From contig OZ024745.1 of NCBI GenBank assembly GCA_964016885.1, forward strand, positions 29,884,001 through 29,948,000: 64,000 bases of DNA. Direction: 5' to 3'. Both the position numbers and the translations under genes were made by a program. Origin of the DNA: Eledone cirrhosa (Eukaryota). The notes under the pieces were generated by a model, which was given only the letters and a program-made list of their open reading frames with translations, did no database searches and was not told where the DNA came from. Positions 1 to 14,100 of this stretch are shown here, in pieces (within the stretch, counting starts at the first letter, position 1; each line of letters begins with the position of its first letter).

Positions 1-67
1 TCACTATAGTTAATTTAATCAATGATAAACATCAATTGATGTTTATCATTGATTGGCCAACTGATAG

Positions 68-110
68 CCTACAAAGTTCTTTCATTACACCTGTGACATC
101 ATCAGTGGTA
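68..110 (-). ncRNA. Degenerate hammerhead-ribozyme motif (Penelope pLTR type)
   Basis: Minus strand reads CCA CTGATGA TGTCAC AGGT GTAAT GAAA GAAC TTT GTAG, closely similar to the motif at 59788-59830. Confidence 0.5.
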
Positions 111-629
111 CTAATATGTTTCCTCCCGTTGCAACATTGTAATACAATACAATGTTGTATTGCAATACAATATAATGGGAGGGAACAGTTCTAAGAACTT
201 ACATTTCACTGCTGGTTTAGATCTATTATCAGCTCTGTGGCGGCCTACATTTGGACATGGTGGTAGTTTATCACCCCAGATGGATGAAAGATAAAGTTGA
301 CCACAGCAAGATTGGGGCACAGAACATAAGGAGCTAAAATAAATACTGGATAAACATTTTATCCAATATCCTCACACTTCTGCCAATTTGCCACCTATTA
401 ATGAAAAGAGAGGAATTGGAACTTAGGAAACACCCTAACTACTTAGCTCTGTGCCTTTATTGTGCTACTAACACTGTAGTATGTATCACTAACTTCAGTA
501 CCTATATAGCTGATGTGTATGTGTGCATACGTGTGTGTGCATGTGTATGTGTGTCTACATGCATGGGTGTGTGTCTACATACATGGGTGTGTGTGTATCT
601 GCATGTCTGTGTGTGTGTGTATTGGACCT

Positions 630-945
630 CTGTCAGTTCCGATGACAGGTATTCCAGTTGTTTAAACGATGAAACAGACTGCTCATGAAATTAATGTGCA
701 AGTGTCTGAGCATTCTACAGACAGACACCTGCATCCTTAATGTATTTCTCAGGGAGATTCAGCCTGACACAGTGTGTAACAAACACTGGGACCATTTGAA
801 TTACATGTACAACACATTTTTTGCTGGCTGAGTGAACTGGAGCAATATGAAATAAAGTATCTTGCTCAAGGATACAACAGGTAACCAGGAATTGAACTCA
901 CAACCTGACACTTGCAAGTCAAGCTCCCAACCACTAAGCCATCTC
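630..945 (-). mobile_element. tRNA-derived SINE (family with ttgagcaagacactttatttcacattgctccag core)
   Basis: Reverse complement of the tggcttagtggtt...gagttcaattcc head and core. Related copies at ~10700-11000, 27120-27420, 35480-35690, 36560-36860 and 53255-53402. Confidence 0.75.
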
Positions 946-1399
946 ACTGCCACTAACACTATAGTGCTATATAAACCACTAACGCCACTAGTAACTAGGT
1001 AATGTGTACTACTAACAGAGTACTATTTATAAATTCTTGTAAGTTAAGTAATCACTGTAAGAGTACCCAGCTGTTTTACCATTTTTTTCATGAGAGGAGG
1101 AAGTGCTGTTGTTTATTAAAAACCCTGGGGTAATTTAATGAACAGATGTGCATTTGGTGAAGGGCTTAAGGGCTCTGATATAACTGTAGGGTGGGGGAGC
1201 ATAGATATTGAAGGATACTGGTAATAGATGTGTGTGTGTATGTGATATACCTGTGTTGATGTATATGTATGTAACTCTAGGTGTATGTGTGTGATATATG
1301 TGTGGAAGTATATGTAACTATAGTTGTGTGTGTGATATATACTTCTGTGGATGTATATGTATGTAATTATTGTTGTGTGTATATGTGTGTGATGTAGCT

Positions 1400-3570
1400 G
1401 TGTTGATGTATATATATGTCACTATAGCTGTGTGTGTGATATACCTGTGTGGGTGTATATGTTACTATAGTTGTGTGTGTGATATACCTGTGTGGGTGTA
1501 TATGTCACTATAGTTGTGTGTGTGATATACCTGTGTGGATGTATATGTCACTATAGCTGTGTGTGTGATATACCTGTGTGAATGTATATGTCACTATAGC
1601 TGTGTGTGTGATATACCTGTGTGGTTGTATATGTCACTATAGTTGTGTGTGTGATATACCTGTGTGGATGTATATGTCACTATAGTTGTGTGTGTGATAT
1701 ACCTGTGTGGATGTATATGTCACTATAGTTGTGTGTGTGATATACCTGTGTGGATGTATATGTCACTATAGCTGTGTGTGTGATATACCTGTGTGAATGT
1801 ATATGTCACTATAGCTGTGTGTGTGATATACCTGTGTGGGTGTATATGTCACTATAGTTGTGTGTGTGATATGCCTGTGTGGGTGTATATGTCACTATAG
1901 TTGTGTGTGTGATATGCCTGTGTGGATGTATATGTCACTATAGCTGTGTGTGTGATATACCTGTGTGAATGTATATGTCACTATAGCTGTGTGTGTGATA
2001 TACCTGTGTGGGTGTATATGTCACTATAGTTGTGTGTGTGATATGCCTGTGTGGATGTATATGTCACTATAGCTGTGTGTGTGATATACCTGTGTGAATG
2101 TATATGTCACTATAGCTGTGTGTGTGATATACCTGTGTGGGTGTATATGTCACTATAGCTGTGTGTGTGATATGCCTGTGTGGGTGTATATGTCACTATA
2201 GTTGTGGGTGTGATATACCTGTGTGGGTGTATATGTCACTATAGCTGTGTGTGTGATATACCTGTGTGGGTGTATATGTCACTATAGTTGTGGGTGTGAT
2301 ATACCTGTGTGGGTGTATATGTCACTATAGCTGTGTGTGTGATATACCTGTGTGAATGTATATGTCACTATAGCTGTGTGTGTGATATACCTGTGTGGGT
2401 GTATATGTCACTATAGTTGTGTGTGTGATATGCCTGTGTGGGTGTATATGTCACTATAGTTGTGGGTGTGATATACCTGTGTGGGTGTATATGTCACTAT
2501 AGCTGTGTGTGTGATATGCCTGTGTGGGTGTATATGTCACTATAGCTGTGTGTGTGATATACCTGTGTGGGTGTATATGTCACTATAGTTGTGGGTGTGA
2601 TATACCTGTGTGGGTGTATATGTCACTATAGCTGTGTGTGTGATATACCTGTGTGAATGTATATGTCACTATAGCTGTGTGTGTGATATACCTGTGTGGG
2701 TGTATATGTCACTATAGTTGTGTGTGTGATATGCCTGTGTGGGTGTATATGTCACTATAGTTGTGTGTGTGATATGCCTGTGTGGATGTATATGTCACTA
2801 TAGCTGTGTGTGTGATATGCCTGTGTGGGTGTATATGTCACTATAGCTGTGTGTGTGATATACCTGTGTGGGTGTATATGTCACTATAGTTGTGGGTGTG
2901 ATATACCTGTGTGGGTGTATATGTCACTATAGTTGTGTGTGTGATATACCTGTGTGGATGTATATGTCACTATAGTTGTGTGTGTGATATACCTGTGTGG
3001 GTGTATATGTTACTATAGTTGTGTGTGTGATATACCTGTGTGGGTGTATATGTCACTATAGTTGTGTGTGTGATATGCCTGTGTGGGTGTATATGTCACT
3101 ATAGTTGTGTGTGTGATATACCTGTGTGGATGTATATGTCACTATAGTTGTGTGTGTGATATACCTGTGTGGGTGTATATGTCACTATAGCTGTGTGTGA
3201 TATACCTGTGTGGATGTATATGTCACTATAGCTGTGTGTGTGATATACCTGTGTGGGTGTATATGTCACTATAGTTGTGTGTGTGATATACCTGTGTGGG
3301 TGTATATGTCACTATAGTTGTGTGTGTGATATACCTGTGTGGGTGTATATGTCACTATAGTTGTGTGTGTGATATACCTGTGTGGGTGTATATGTCACTA
3401 TAGTTGTGTGTGTGATATACCTGTGTGGGTGTATATGTCACTATAGCCGTGTGTGTGATATACCTGTGTGGGTGTATATGTCACTATAGCTGTGTATGTG
3501 ATATACCTGTGTGGGTGTATATGTCACTATAGTTGTGTGGGTGTATATGTCACTATAGCTGTGTGTGTGT
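1400..3570. repeat. 43-bp minisatellite, about 50 copies (gtgtgtgtgatatacctgtgtgggtgtatatgtcactatagyt)
   Basis: Period read directly (atacctg at 1441 and 1484); degenerate copies from ~1230. Confidence 0.95.
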
Positions 3571-3810
3571 GTGACAGATGGGGTTGTGTGTGTGTATATG
3601 TATGATGTAGTATAGTAGCATGAGTGTGTGTGTGTGTGTATATTATTGCTGAGAGTATGTGTATATAAACATGTGTATGTGTGTGCATGCACATGTGAGT
3701 ATGTATATGTGTGTTTGTATAACTGAGTGAGACAGAACTAGAACAATGTGCATCTGTTTTACATCTGTATGTATCTGTGTGTGTATGTGTGATATATATA
3801 TATATTTATG

Positions 3811-3871
<61 letters not shown>

Positions 3872-4214
3872 CATCATCATCTTTTTACATCTGCTTTTCC
3901 ATGCTTGCATGGGTTGGATGGGTCCTTCTCAGCACGACATCTCCCCACTTGTCGCACATATATTTATATATATATATATATATACATAAGTATAGATGTA
4001 CATATATATATATATATTATATATATATATACATACATATATATATGTGTGTGTGTGTATATATATACAGAGAGCGAGAGAGAGAGAGATACAACCCCAC
4101 TAGACCACCACTAGGTAACATAATAATAGTAACCAGCTTATCTCAGTTTGTAAATCTGTCTGGTATAAAGATAACAAAGATAAGACAAGATGTTACACCT
4201 TTACTACTTCCTCC

Positions 4215-4532
4215 CCCCCTACCACTACCACTACAACCACCATAACCATCACTATCACAGACACTACCATCAAAACCATCACCATCACAACCACTGCCAC
4301 AAATACCATCATCACCACCACCACCACCTCCATCACCCAGTCATCACCACCCCTGTAATCCTCACCACAAACACTACCACAACCACTGCCAAAAATACCG
4401 CCACCAACATCACCACCATAACCACTTCCACACATGCCACCAACACCATCTCCACCACAAACACTACCACAACCACTACCACAAATACTACTAACACTAT
4501 CACCATCATAACCACCACCACAAACATCACTA
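4215..4532. repeat. Degenerate (CAC/CAT/CAA)n low-complexity tract
   Basis: Trinucleotide-rich; produces spurious His/Thr ORFs. Confidence 0.85.
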
Positions 4533-5748
4533 TTCGAAGTTCCAATATCTGCAAGGCTTACACTACCTTTCATCCTTTCCAGGGTCAATAAATAAGACCC
4601 TTCTTGAGGGCAATGTACTGGTAGAATCTTTACAGGATTGCAGTATTTGTTCCAGCTCTTTACATTTCTTTGTTGAAATCCTACTGTAGCCTACTTGGGA
4701 GGTAGACATGATCTGTTGCTTGGATTAACAACTTCATCTGACCCTTGGGTATTCTTAGTGCAGTCCACTCCGTAAGAGGCTTTACATAAGTATTTTCAAA
4801 ATTTCCCCCAAAAAACCTTCATTTTCAAAAACCTGAAGAAAAAAAAAGAAAAAAAAAAATATGCAGCTGCTATCGCGGACACTATTGATTTGTGTAATTT
4901 GAAGATGATTATCACCTCAGTTTCAAAGGTACGACATCACAAATATGGCTAATTATTTATTTAGGCCTAATTAGGCAAGATTTCAACCAATTTGCTGACC
5001 ATTCAAATCATATTTCCTAAAATATTCATCCAAATTTAACAAATGACGTATCAAAATGTTTCTTTTTGGATGCTCTCCAATATAAAGTAGAGTAGAAGTT
5101 AGATTTAAATATTTTCAAAAATTCATAGTGATACCTACTCTGTTGTAAGCATTTGGTCTAGGGTTTTTTTCCAGGATACCTTTCTTCTTTATATCGATCA
5201 GAGAGGCCCTAAAAAGGGCCTTGGGCATTGCCCCGCCTTCCCACTAATTTCAGAGGTCCTAAAAAGGGTCATATGTATTGCCCTTCCCTCTCACCTTTCT
5301 CAGAGGCCCTAAAAATGGGCCATGGACATTGTCCTTCCCTCCCACTAATCTTTTGAAGTTAGTTCATGGACCATCCATCACCATCACCACAATCATCACC
5401 TTCCTGACAACCACAACTATCACCACCAACAACAACAGCAGCTACCACTGTCACTACTAACACTATTACTACCAGCCACAACCACTACCACAAACAACCA
5501 CCACTGTTACCATCACCACCATTTCCACCAACAAGCACCACTGTTTTGATTTCTAAACATGCTGCACATGCAAACACACATGCACATATATACATGCTAT
5601 GCACTGCCTACAGACATACATATACATGTTCTACATTGTCTAGACACACATACATGCACTGCACTGCCTACACACACTGCTCATATATATATATATATGT
5701 GTGTGTATATATGCACTGCACTGCCTACACACACTGCTCATATATATA

Positions 5749-5779
<31 letters not shown>

Positions 5780-5898
5780 GCACTGCACTGCCTACAGACA
5801 CATGCATACTGCACATTACCATTATCTGTTGCATATTTGCAAATGCAGTCTAACATTGCATTGCTAATTGCATTCTCTTTTCTCTTATTTTATTCCAG

Positions 5899-5911
5899 AG
5901 TGTTGCGAAAG
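5899..5911 (+). CDS. Probable 13-nt microexon of the AK gene (SVAK + phase 1)
   Basis: Branch-like ctaat, pyrimidine tract ttctcttttctcttattttattccag, then AGTGTTGCGAAAG|gtaagt. The phase-1 end fits the next exon. Confidence 0.6.
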
Positions 5912-7235
5912 GTAAGTGTGAAGATTTCAGTTTTTATAAAATTGGTTGTCTATTTTAATTTGGGAGGCATTGGGACAGTGGGACACTGGTTGTCTACATT
6001 AATATAGAGGACAGTGAGACGCTGGTTGTCTACTTTAATATGGGAGACAATAGGACACTGGTTGTCTATTGTAACATGGGGGACAGTGGGACACTGGCTG
6101 TCTATTGGACACTGGGGACATTGGTACACTGGTTGTCTACTTTAATACTGAAGACAATGAGACACTGGTTGTCTACTTTAACATAGAGGACAGTGAGACA
6201 CTGGTTGTTTACTTTGATATGGGAGATAGGGGGATATTGCTTGTCTACTTTAATATGGGAAGCATTGGGACACTGGTTGTCTACTTTAACATGGGGGACA
6301 GTGAGACACTGGCTATCTACTGGACACTGGGAACATTGAGACACTGGTTGACTATTTTAGCATGGGAGACAGTGGGACACTGGTTGTCTATCTTGATATG
6401 TGGGACATTGATTGTTTACTTTAATATTGGGACATTAGCTGTCTACTTTAATACAGGGGACAGTGGGACACTGGTTGTCTATTCTAACATGGGGGATATT
6501 GGACACTGCCTGTTTATTTTAATGTTGTCCCAGTACACTCAACTGGCAAAAATAAGTTGAACCTGTAATTTAAAGGAACAGTCTTGTCACACATTGTGTC
6601 ATGCTGAATCACCCTGAGAATTGTGTTAGGGTTATGCATTATGTGGAATACTCAGTCATGTCCACATTAATTTCACAAGCAGGCTGTTCCATTGTTTGAA
6701 CAACTGGAACACTCCCCATCAGGACCAACACAATGTGTTGTAAAGGTTGTGAAAAGTCAGCAGTCCTAGAATTAGAAACTTTTATTGAATTTTTGTCAGA
6801 GAATTTGTAGTATTTATTATTGTTTTAGGAAGGGTTTGTCTAAAAGGTTTAAGAAGATTTAGGCTACAGGGTGGATAGGTCCTCTCTAGGACATTATGTT
6901 GTAAATTATTGCCATCCTTTATCATCATTTTCTTCATGAAGTACAGCATCTTCAAATCAGTCTCTAGCATTGTCTTGTATCTTCTTCAGTTTTCCTATTT
7001 CACAGCTTTCATTGATATTAAGTGTCCTGCACTTCTGCCATCTTGCATCTAAACACACACACATATCATCATCATCATCATTATTTTTATGTCAACTTTT
7101 CTAGACTAGCATGTGTTGGACAGGACTTTTTGAAGCAATGTTATACAACTGGATGTTCTTTTTGACACCAACTCATTTAAGCACTTCTTACAACATACAG
7201 TGTTATGGCACCTATTCTGATCTGGATAAGCAAGG

Positions 7236-7295
<60 letters not shown>

Positions 7296-7461
7296 TATAC
7301 ATCATCATTATCATAGGTCCATATTTCATGCTGGCATAAGTTGGACAGGTTGTCACAAATCTGGGACAAGCCAGGGCAAGTTCAATATTTTGCATGCTTT
7401 CTATGGCTAAAAATGAAACGTGTGAGCATAAGACAGTTGTCTGACCTGTTTAAACCTGGTC

Positions 7462-7492
<31 letters not shown>

Positions 7493-8131
7493 GAATTGAC
7501 TTTGTTTGTGACAACCCCTATGGATAATCAAATATTTAATGATAATGATGATTTTTTTTCAATCACAGCACCTACAAATTTATATTAAAAACCTGGGAAA
7601 TTCCACTCTCGTCAGATTTTTTTTTAAATCTCTAAATACCATAGATTTCATCCAGTGACCACCAATATCTCCTAATTCTTTCCACGTGGATCTTCCTCTA
7701 CAAACCCAATCTTATATTTTTATTTTTGTCTTTCTTTTATTTGGGCTCACAACAGTTAACTCCCTTTAATTTTTCTTGACACAATCTATCCTCCGTAGAA
7801 ACCACCAAATTACCTCCATTCTTTTCCTTTACTACTCCCTATATCTAAAAAAAAACTCTATAAATATATATCTTACTCTTTCTTCTTTTCTTTTGTAACT
7901 GTCTCATGTTTGAAGGAAAATAAGACAAACTTTACAAAAGGGAATCAATTTAGACTGAAGATCTGGGGCCTGTCTTAGTGAAAATCTGAACCAGACAGCC
8001 AGAGAAACAATTGTACCTAAATGACACAATTGTTAGTGTTATATATATATCTATATAGCACAGTTCTTTACACAGATTGAGTACTTTGCCATATTTGGAT
8101 ATTCTTTACCAAATTACCCCACACACACTAT

Positions 8132-8162
<31 letters not shown>

Positions 8163-11100
8163 ATACACATATAGCTTTAATGTGTATGTGATTATTCTTA
8201 AGTCTTTTATTGAAGAGCTTTTTTATGAACAAAACACCAAAAACAATAGAATGAATGCTGACATGTCACATGACTATAAGTCAGTGTATATGTGTGTGTT
8301 AGAGAGTGTGAGAGTGAGCGTGTGTGTGTGTGTGTGAGAGAGCAAGAGAGAGGGAAAGAATGTGTGTGAGACAGTATATGTGTGAGTGTGTATGTGAATA
8401 TGTTTATGTAACTGGGAATTTATATATACATTTGACAAGAAGTCTAACATAAACTGGAAGTCTATACATATACACACTCTCTTTCACTCACACACACACA
8501 CACATACACTCACTCTCTCCCATTCATATTTCCCTCCACTATCACCCCCAGCACCACCACTCCACCCCTCTTAAATACTAACACTTATACTATCTATAAT
8601 CAGACCTCCACTAAAATCCTAACACTAGTCATAACTACAAAGTACCTGTTATCATCACAGTACTTCTTGCATTATCTTATCGGTGGTCACCCTACCCATC
8701 CTACTAATTACCCCCCCCCCCCGGTCAAATCCCACCACCCCTCCACGAACCTTTCCTATCATTTGTCCCCAGCCCTGTAGGGTAGAGAGAGCTCTTCAGT
8801 TAAGTAAATAACTGATAGTCTCTCTAGCACTAGTACAATGAAAAAAGCACCCAGCACACCTTGTAAAGTGGCTGGTGACAGGAAAGGTATCTCACTGTAG
8901 AAGCCATTCCAAAATGGGTTGAAAGGGTTCTCCATTGTGTCAAGGGATTGACAATAAATGCACTCAGTTCACTCTGTAAAGTGATTGGTGATAGGAAGGG
9001 CATGCAGTTGTAGAAAAGCTGCCAAGCAGGGTCAGGAGGAATCTTCAGCTATCAAAAACATGACAACCCCCTACTGCCAGTGCCATGACAAAATGCACTC
9101 AGTAGTACACAGGATCATATGTAAGTGAGTTGCAGTCTTTCAGCCCAACTGAGCTCTATGTTGAGTACAGCAATGCATATAAGCAATATGTAACTGGGAT
9201 GCAAGCTCCTGGCCCATCTGTGGGGTCAGTACCTCCACTTGAGTACTATCAGGTCTGCTAACGACCTGTCCAACCCTTGCTAGCAGAGAAAACAAATGTT
9301 AAACAATGATCATATATAAATAGTGTGTGTACTTGTACACATTCATTGTAGCCATTTGTACTCATAGCTCTACTCACTCATATCTTAGTACATACTGCTC
9401 CAATATACCGCTACCATACACACACACATACTCACCAGTACACATTATCACAATATATCACTACTGATACTACCTCCAATACACACATGCACACATTCAA
9501 TTTTTAATATTCTCTTTCAGTTTCAGATAAACCTTTGATCAATGATACCGTCGTCATCTTTGTGGTTGGTAAGTTACAAAACATTTCTACTTTGGTCTCT
9601 GTTGTTTATATAATGTATGAACAATCATATCCTAAGAATTGAAATTATGTTGACCTCCAGGGATAGCTGATGAGTGGAGTGATTTTGACTTTCCAGTGTC
9701 TGCTGTTTCCAATGTGTTCTGTGCTCAATTCGCTACTCACGTCTGATGAGCAGACTGATACTGGAGTCAGGTCCAACATATTGGTTCAATAATGAAAATA
9801 ATATTTCAAAGTGAAATTTTGTTCTCTCATACATGATGTATAATATATATGAATATGTATATGCAATATATATTTGAGTATAGTATGTATATCTAAGTTT
9901 ATGCCTGTCTATTACACAGCAAGTCTCTAAATAAATATGTAATAGATTCTTATAGAGAATCTATGAAGTAATATGTTGTAGCGTGTGTTGTGCTATTATA
10001 CTCATACACTTATTGTCAAATCTACAAAACTTTTTGAATTAAAAAAGGGGGTATGTTCCTGGGCCTGACAATATTCCAGCAGAGATTTAGAAGGTTACCT
10101 CTGCTTAAAAGCACTGCACCATTACATCACAGAAGCATGGGACCAGCAGTATATATGTCAATATTGGAAAATGCCAACATTTTCACCATATAGACGGACA
10201 AGGGAGGTAAATTTGTTTGTTCAAACAGTAGTAGTGTAGCACCTCTGGCTATTGCTAGGAAGGTCCTGACCAAGGTTATGTTTAAAAGGCTGGTCCAATC
10301 TATATTGGAGAACATTATACCAAAGTATGGCTTCCACAGGGACTGAGGCACAGTCAACACAATCTTTGTTGCAAGACAGCTACTAGCAAAATGCAGAGAG
10401 CAACATCAGGACCTGTTCGTTGTATTTGTGGATCTGTCAAAACCTTTTGATACAATAAACTAGGACATTATGTAGGATGTTCTCAAAATGTTTGGTTGCC
10501 TGCCCAAATTTGTGAATCTCCTACACCAGTTCCATGCGGGTTTGATGACACAAGTAGTTAGGGAGAGCTGAAATCTGAGCCCTTCAGTGTAAAAACTGGA
10601 GTCAGAGAAGGTTGTGTGCTGGCTCCTGTACTCTTCAATATTTTCCTCATCTGTGTGACCACATTGTTACACAGAATGACTGGTATTCACTATAAGCTTT
10701 TCATTTGTTAGGAACTTGTCTAACAACTTATAGGTTCAATTTCCAGCATCTTGTATTCTTGAACAAGATACTTTATCTCACATTGCTCCAATCCACTTAG
10801 CTGGCAAAATTGGGTTGTACTTGTAATTCAAATAGTCAGCTTTGTTACACAATGTGTCATACTGAATCTCCCTGAAAACTACATAAAGTATGTACATGTC
10901 TGTTAAATACTCAGCCATACACACATTGATTTCATAAGCATGCTGTTCCATTGATCAAACAAGTGGAACACTTGGTGTTGGAATGGACAGAGGTCCAACA
11001 CACGTGTGTATATATGTATGCATGCATGTGTGTGTGTATAAAATCACTACTAGATTTTTAAAAATCTAAATTCTAATCAATGTTTCTTCAATAAAGGTGG

Positions 11101-14100
11101 ACCTGGCAGTGGCAAAGGAACCCAATGTGCTAAAATTGTGTCCAAGTATGGCTTCACCCATCTATCATCAGGTGACCTTCTCCGTGAAGAGGTGGCATCT
11201 GGTTCAAACAGAGGGAAAGAACTTAATGCTACCATGGAATCAGGACAGCTTGTGTCTATGGTGAGTATATTTCTCCCTAATTCTTATATAAATTTACATT
11301 ATTGGTTGCATTTTCAATATGTAGGACCATTTTTCATCATCATCATCATGATCATCATCTAACATCCATTCACTCTGCTAGCATGTGTTGACCAATCAAC
11401 ACTCAATCAGAGCTATTGACCTCTCAGGCAGACTGGAGGCCACATCTTACATATGTTTCTGCACTCTACAAGATGCACTAGGTACATTATATCATGGCAC
11501 CAGCACCAGGGAGGTTGTCAAGTCTTTGACACAACTGAAGAGTCCTCTTGGCTCTTTGTTTGGCAAATATTCTATGGCTAGATGGCCTTCCTAACACCAA
11601 CCACTTTACATTGTGTACCGGGAGTATTTTATTATGACTCAGGCACTACCACCTTACAGAGTGGACTCAGTGTTTTTATTGAGTCTCCAGCACTAGATGT
11701 TGTTGGGATGGTGTACATTTGATCTATTTTCTATCACACAGAGATATCAGTGATATATTTCACACAGAAGCAACATAGTGATTAAGATGTTGGGCTTACA
11801 ATCCTAATATCATGGGTTCATCCTCTGGACTGTGTGGCACATTGTGTTCTTGAGCAAAACACTTCATTTTACTTTATTCTAGTCCACTCAGCTGAAGACA
11901 AGTATCATCTTTAAATGGGTTAAACCTGCATTTGCTCCTGCATCTAGTCCAGTGAGGGAGCTTCCTCTCACAGTCGTGTAGCACCAGTAAAAGTGGGATA
12001 AGCTCCAGTCTTATGCGCCTCAGCCAGACTTTAACTTTCACTTTTTTTTAACAGTCCATTCCATGACACTATACTTTCATGGTTTAATATCACACTTTAA
12101 TATCTATGATATACTTTACACTATTGACTGTTGCAGGACACTGTACTTGAACTTCTCAAGGATGCCATGAAGAGCCGAGCTGCAAATTGCCGAGGATTTC
12201 TCATTGATGGATACCCAAGGGAACTTGAGCAAGGAAGGAGATTTGAAGCTGAGGTGAGTTAACCACCACATAATCTGTAGAAATCAACATAGACACCAAA
12301 ACAGGAGCCAACACAAGTTACCCCAAGCACATCTGTATAAACCAACACAAACACAAACACTAATAGTATAGTTACCCCAATACATGATCTGTAAAAGAAA
12401 CAATCAAATCAACAGACACCAACACCAACTCTCCGGTCACTAGTAACACAACATCGCAGATATGTAAAGGTGCCTGAAGATACACAAAGCAAACAGTTTA
12501 ACAATGCCCATTGTTCTAAATCAGCTACAATCCAGCTAAACATATAACTATGAATTCATATCTGCTAGAAAATATGTATGAATATCCTGGATTTTCTTAC
12601 CTTAAGTTGCTCGCACATTGCTCCGTTTGTTGTTTTTTCTCGCTGTTTTCTCTTTTCTTCCCTTTTCCCTTCTATTTTCCTTCCCTCCCTCCTCCGTTTT
12701 CCCACTAACTTACCCAGTTATTGAATGCTCTGGGTGGTAGATATCTTGTCTTTATAGCGTAGAAATATCTGAGATCCCCAGTCGACAACTGATGAGGAAA
12801 ACTCCCCCGCCCCATTCTTGCTTTCTTCTTATTCTCACTCCATTTTAAGCTATATATATATATATATATATGTGTGTATGTGTGTGTGTATGTGTATATA
12901 TATATATATACATATGTATTTGTATATATATAGTATAAATGAAAATAACCAAGATGTAATTACATTATTTAATGAATTTACGAACATTTCTTTCAAATAC
13001 AGTAGGAAGTACCATTTTATTCTTCTGTATTGAATTCATCAGAATCATTAACCGTTTAGCATTTAACCCGGTCGTATCCAGCCAGAATTGTCTTACCTCA
13101 GTCTATTCAAACCAGTTGTAACTGGCCACTGATATTGATGTTATGGTATTGTTCTCAAAATAAATAATATCAAAATCTCATAGATTCGATATTATGTGAG
13201 ATAAAACCTTTACTGTAAAAATATATTAGTATATGTAATGTAAATGCTAAAGAGTTAAACAATACAAAAACATAATTGTTTACAGTTATTACACATCCCA
13301 TAAACATATATATATATATATATATGTTTGTATGTGTGTGTGTGTGTATGTACAAATTTAGGTACAAGGATTGCATTAAAAGCACACTGTGGAAGGTGAA
13401 AATATTAGAGAATGGCTGGGAGAACCTTGCTCTAGATCGCCTTTCCTGAAGGAAGACAGTGCTCAATGGGAGGGGAGAATTGAAAGAAACTGTGTTGAGC
13501 ATGAACAGCTCAGGTGGTGTGTTCATAAGGGCCTTGAGATCAGATTGATTTAACTTGTAAAGAATGTGGCTGGTTATGTCTATGTAAGGCAGGCCTTAGA
13601 AGTCATCAAAGAAGCTACATGCACAAGGACCCTCTCAACTGTGTATTGTATAGCATTTGTTTGCTTGGAGTGTAGAAAAAATGTACCTCAGTTAGTGGGC
13701 CAAAGTTATACTGTAACGCCTACTGTGAGAGGCCCCTGTTGTTGCCACACCTGTGCAATAGTGTGTGTGTCCCTGGTGGGACTAAAAGGCCACGTCTGTG
13801 CTGCTCATCTTTAAGAGAAGTGTCAAGTGATAGCATTGGTCGAAATCAAGTTGCAGCATTTTAAGGCCACGTTCCAGCTAAACCAAAGGCTAATCATGTG
13901 AGCCACATAACAATATTCTCCATTTTATCAAGTTTAGAATAGGTACACTGTATCAATGCATGTCACAAGAAGCACCTAAGAGTTGGGGCTAGGAAGGACA
14001 TCAGGCCAGAAAGGACCCAAGATCAGTAAGAACCTCACATAATATATATTTTTTCAATTCCCTCTCTATATCTCTGTCTTTCTCTGCACACCTAGGTTGT

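Noticed and set aside
9660-9775. Two CTGATGAG motifs (another at ~12789)
   Set aside because: No downstream GAAA core is correctly placed after a stem II; at best these are remnants.
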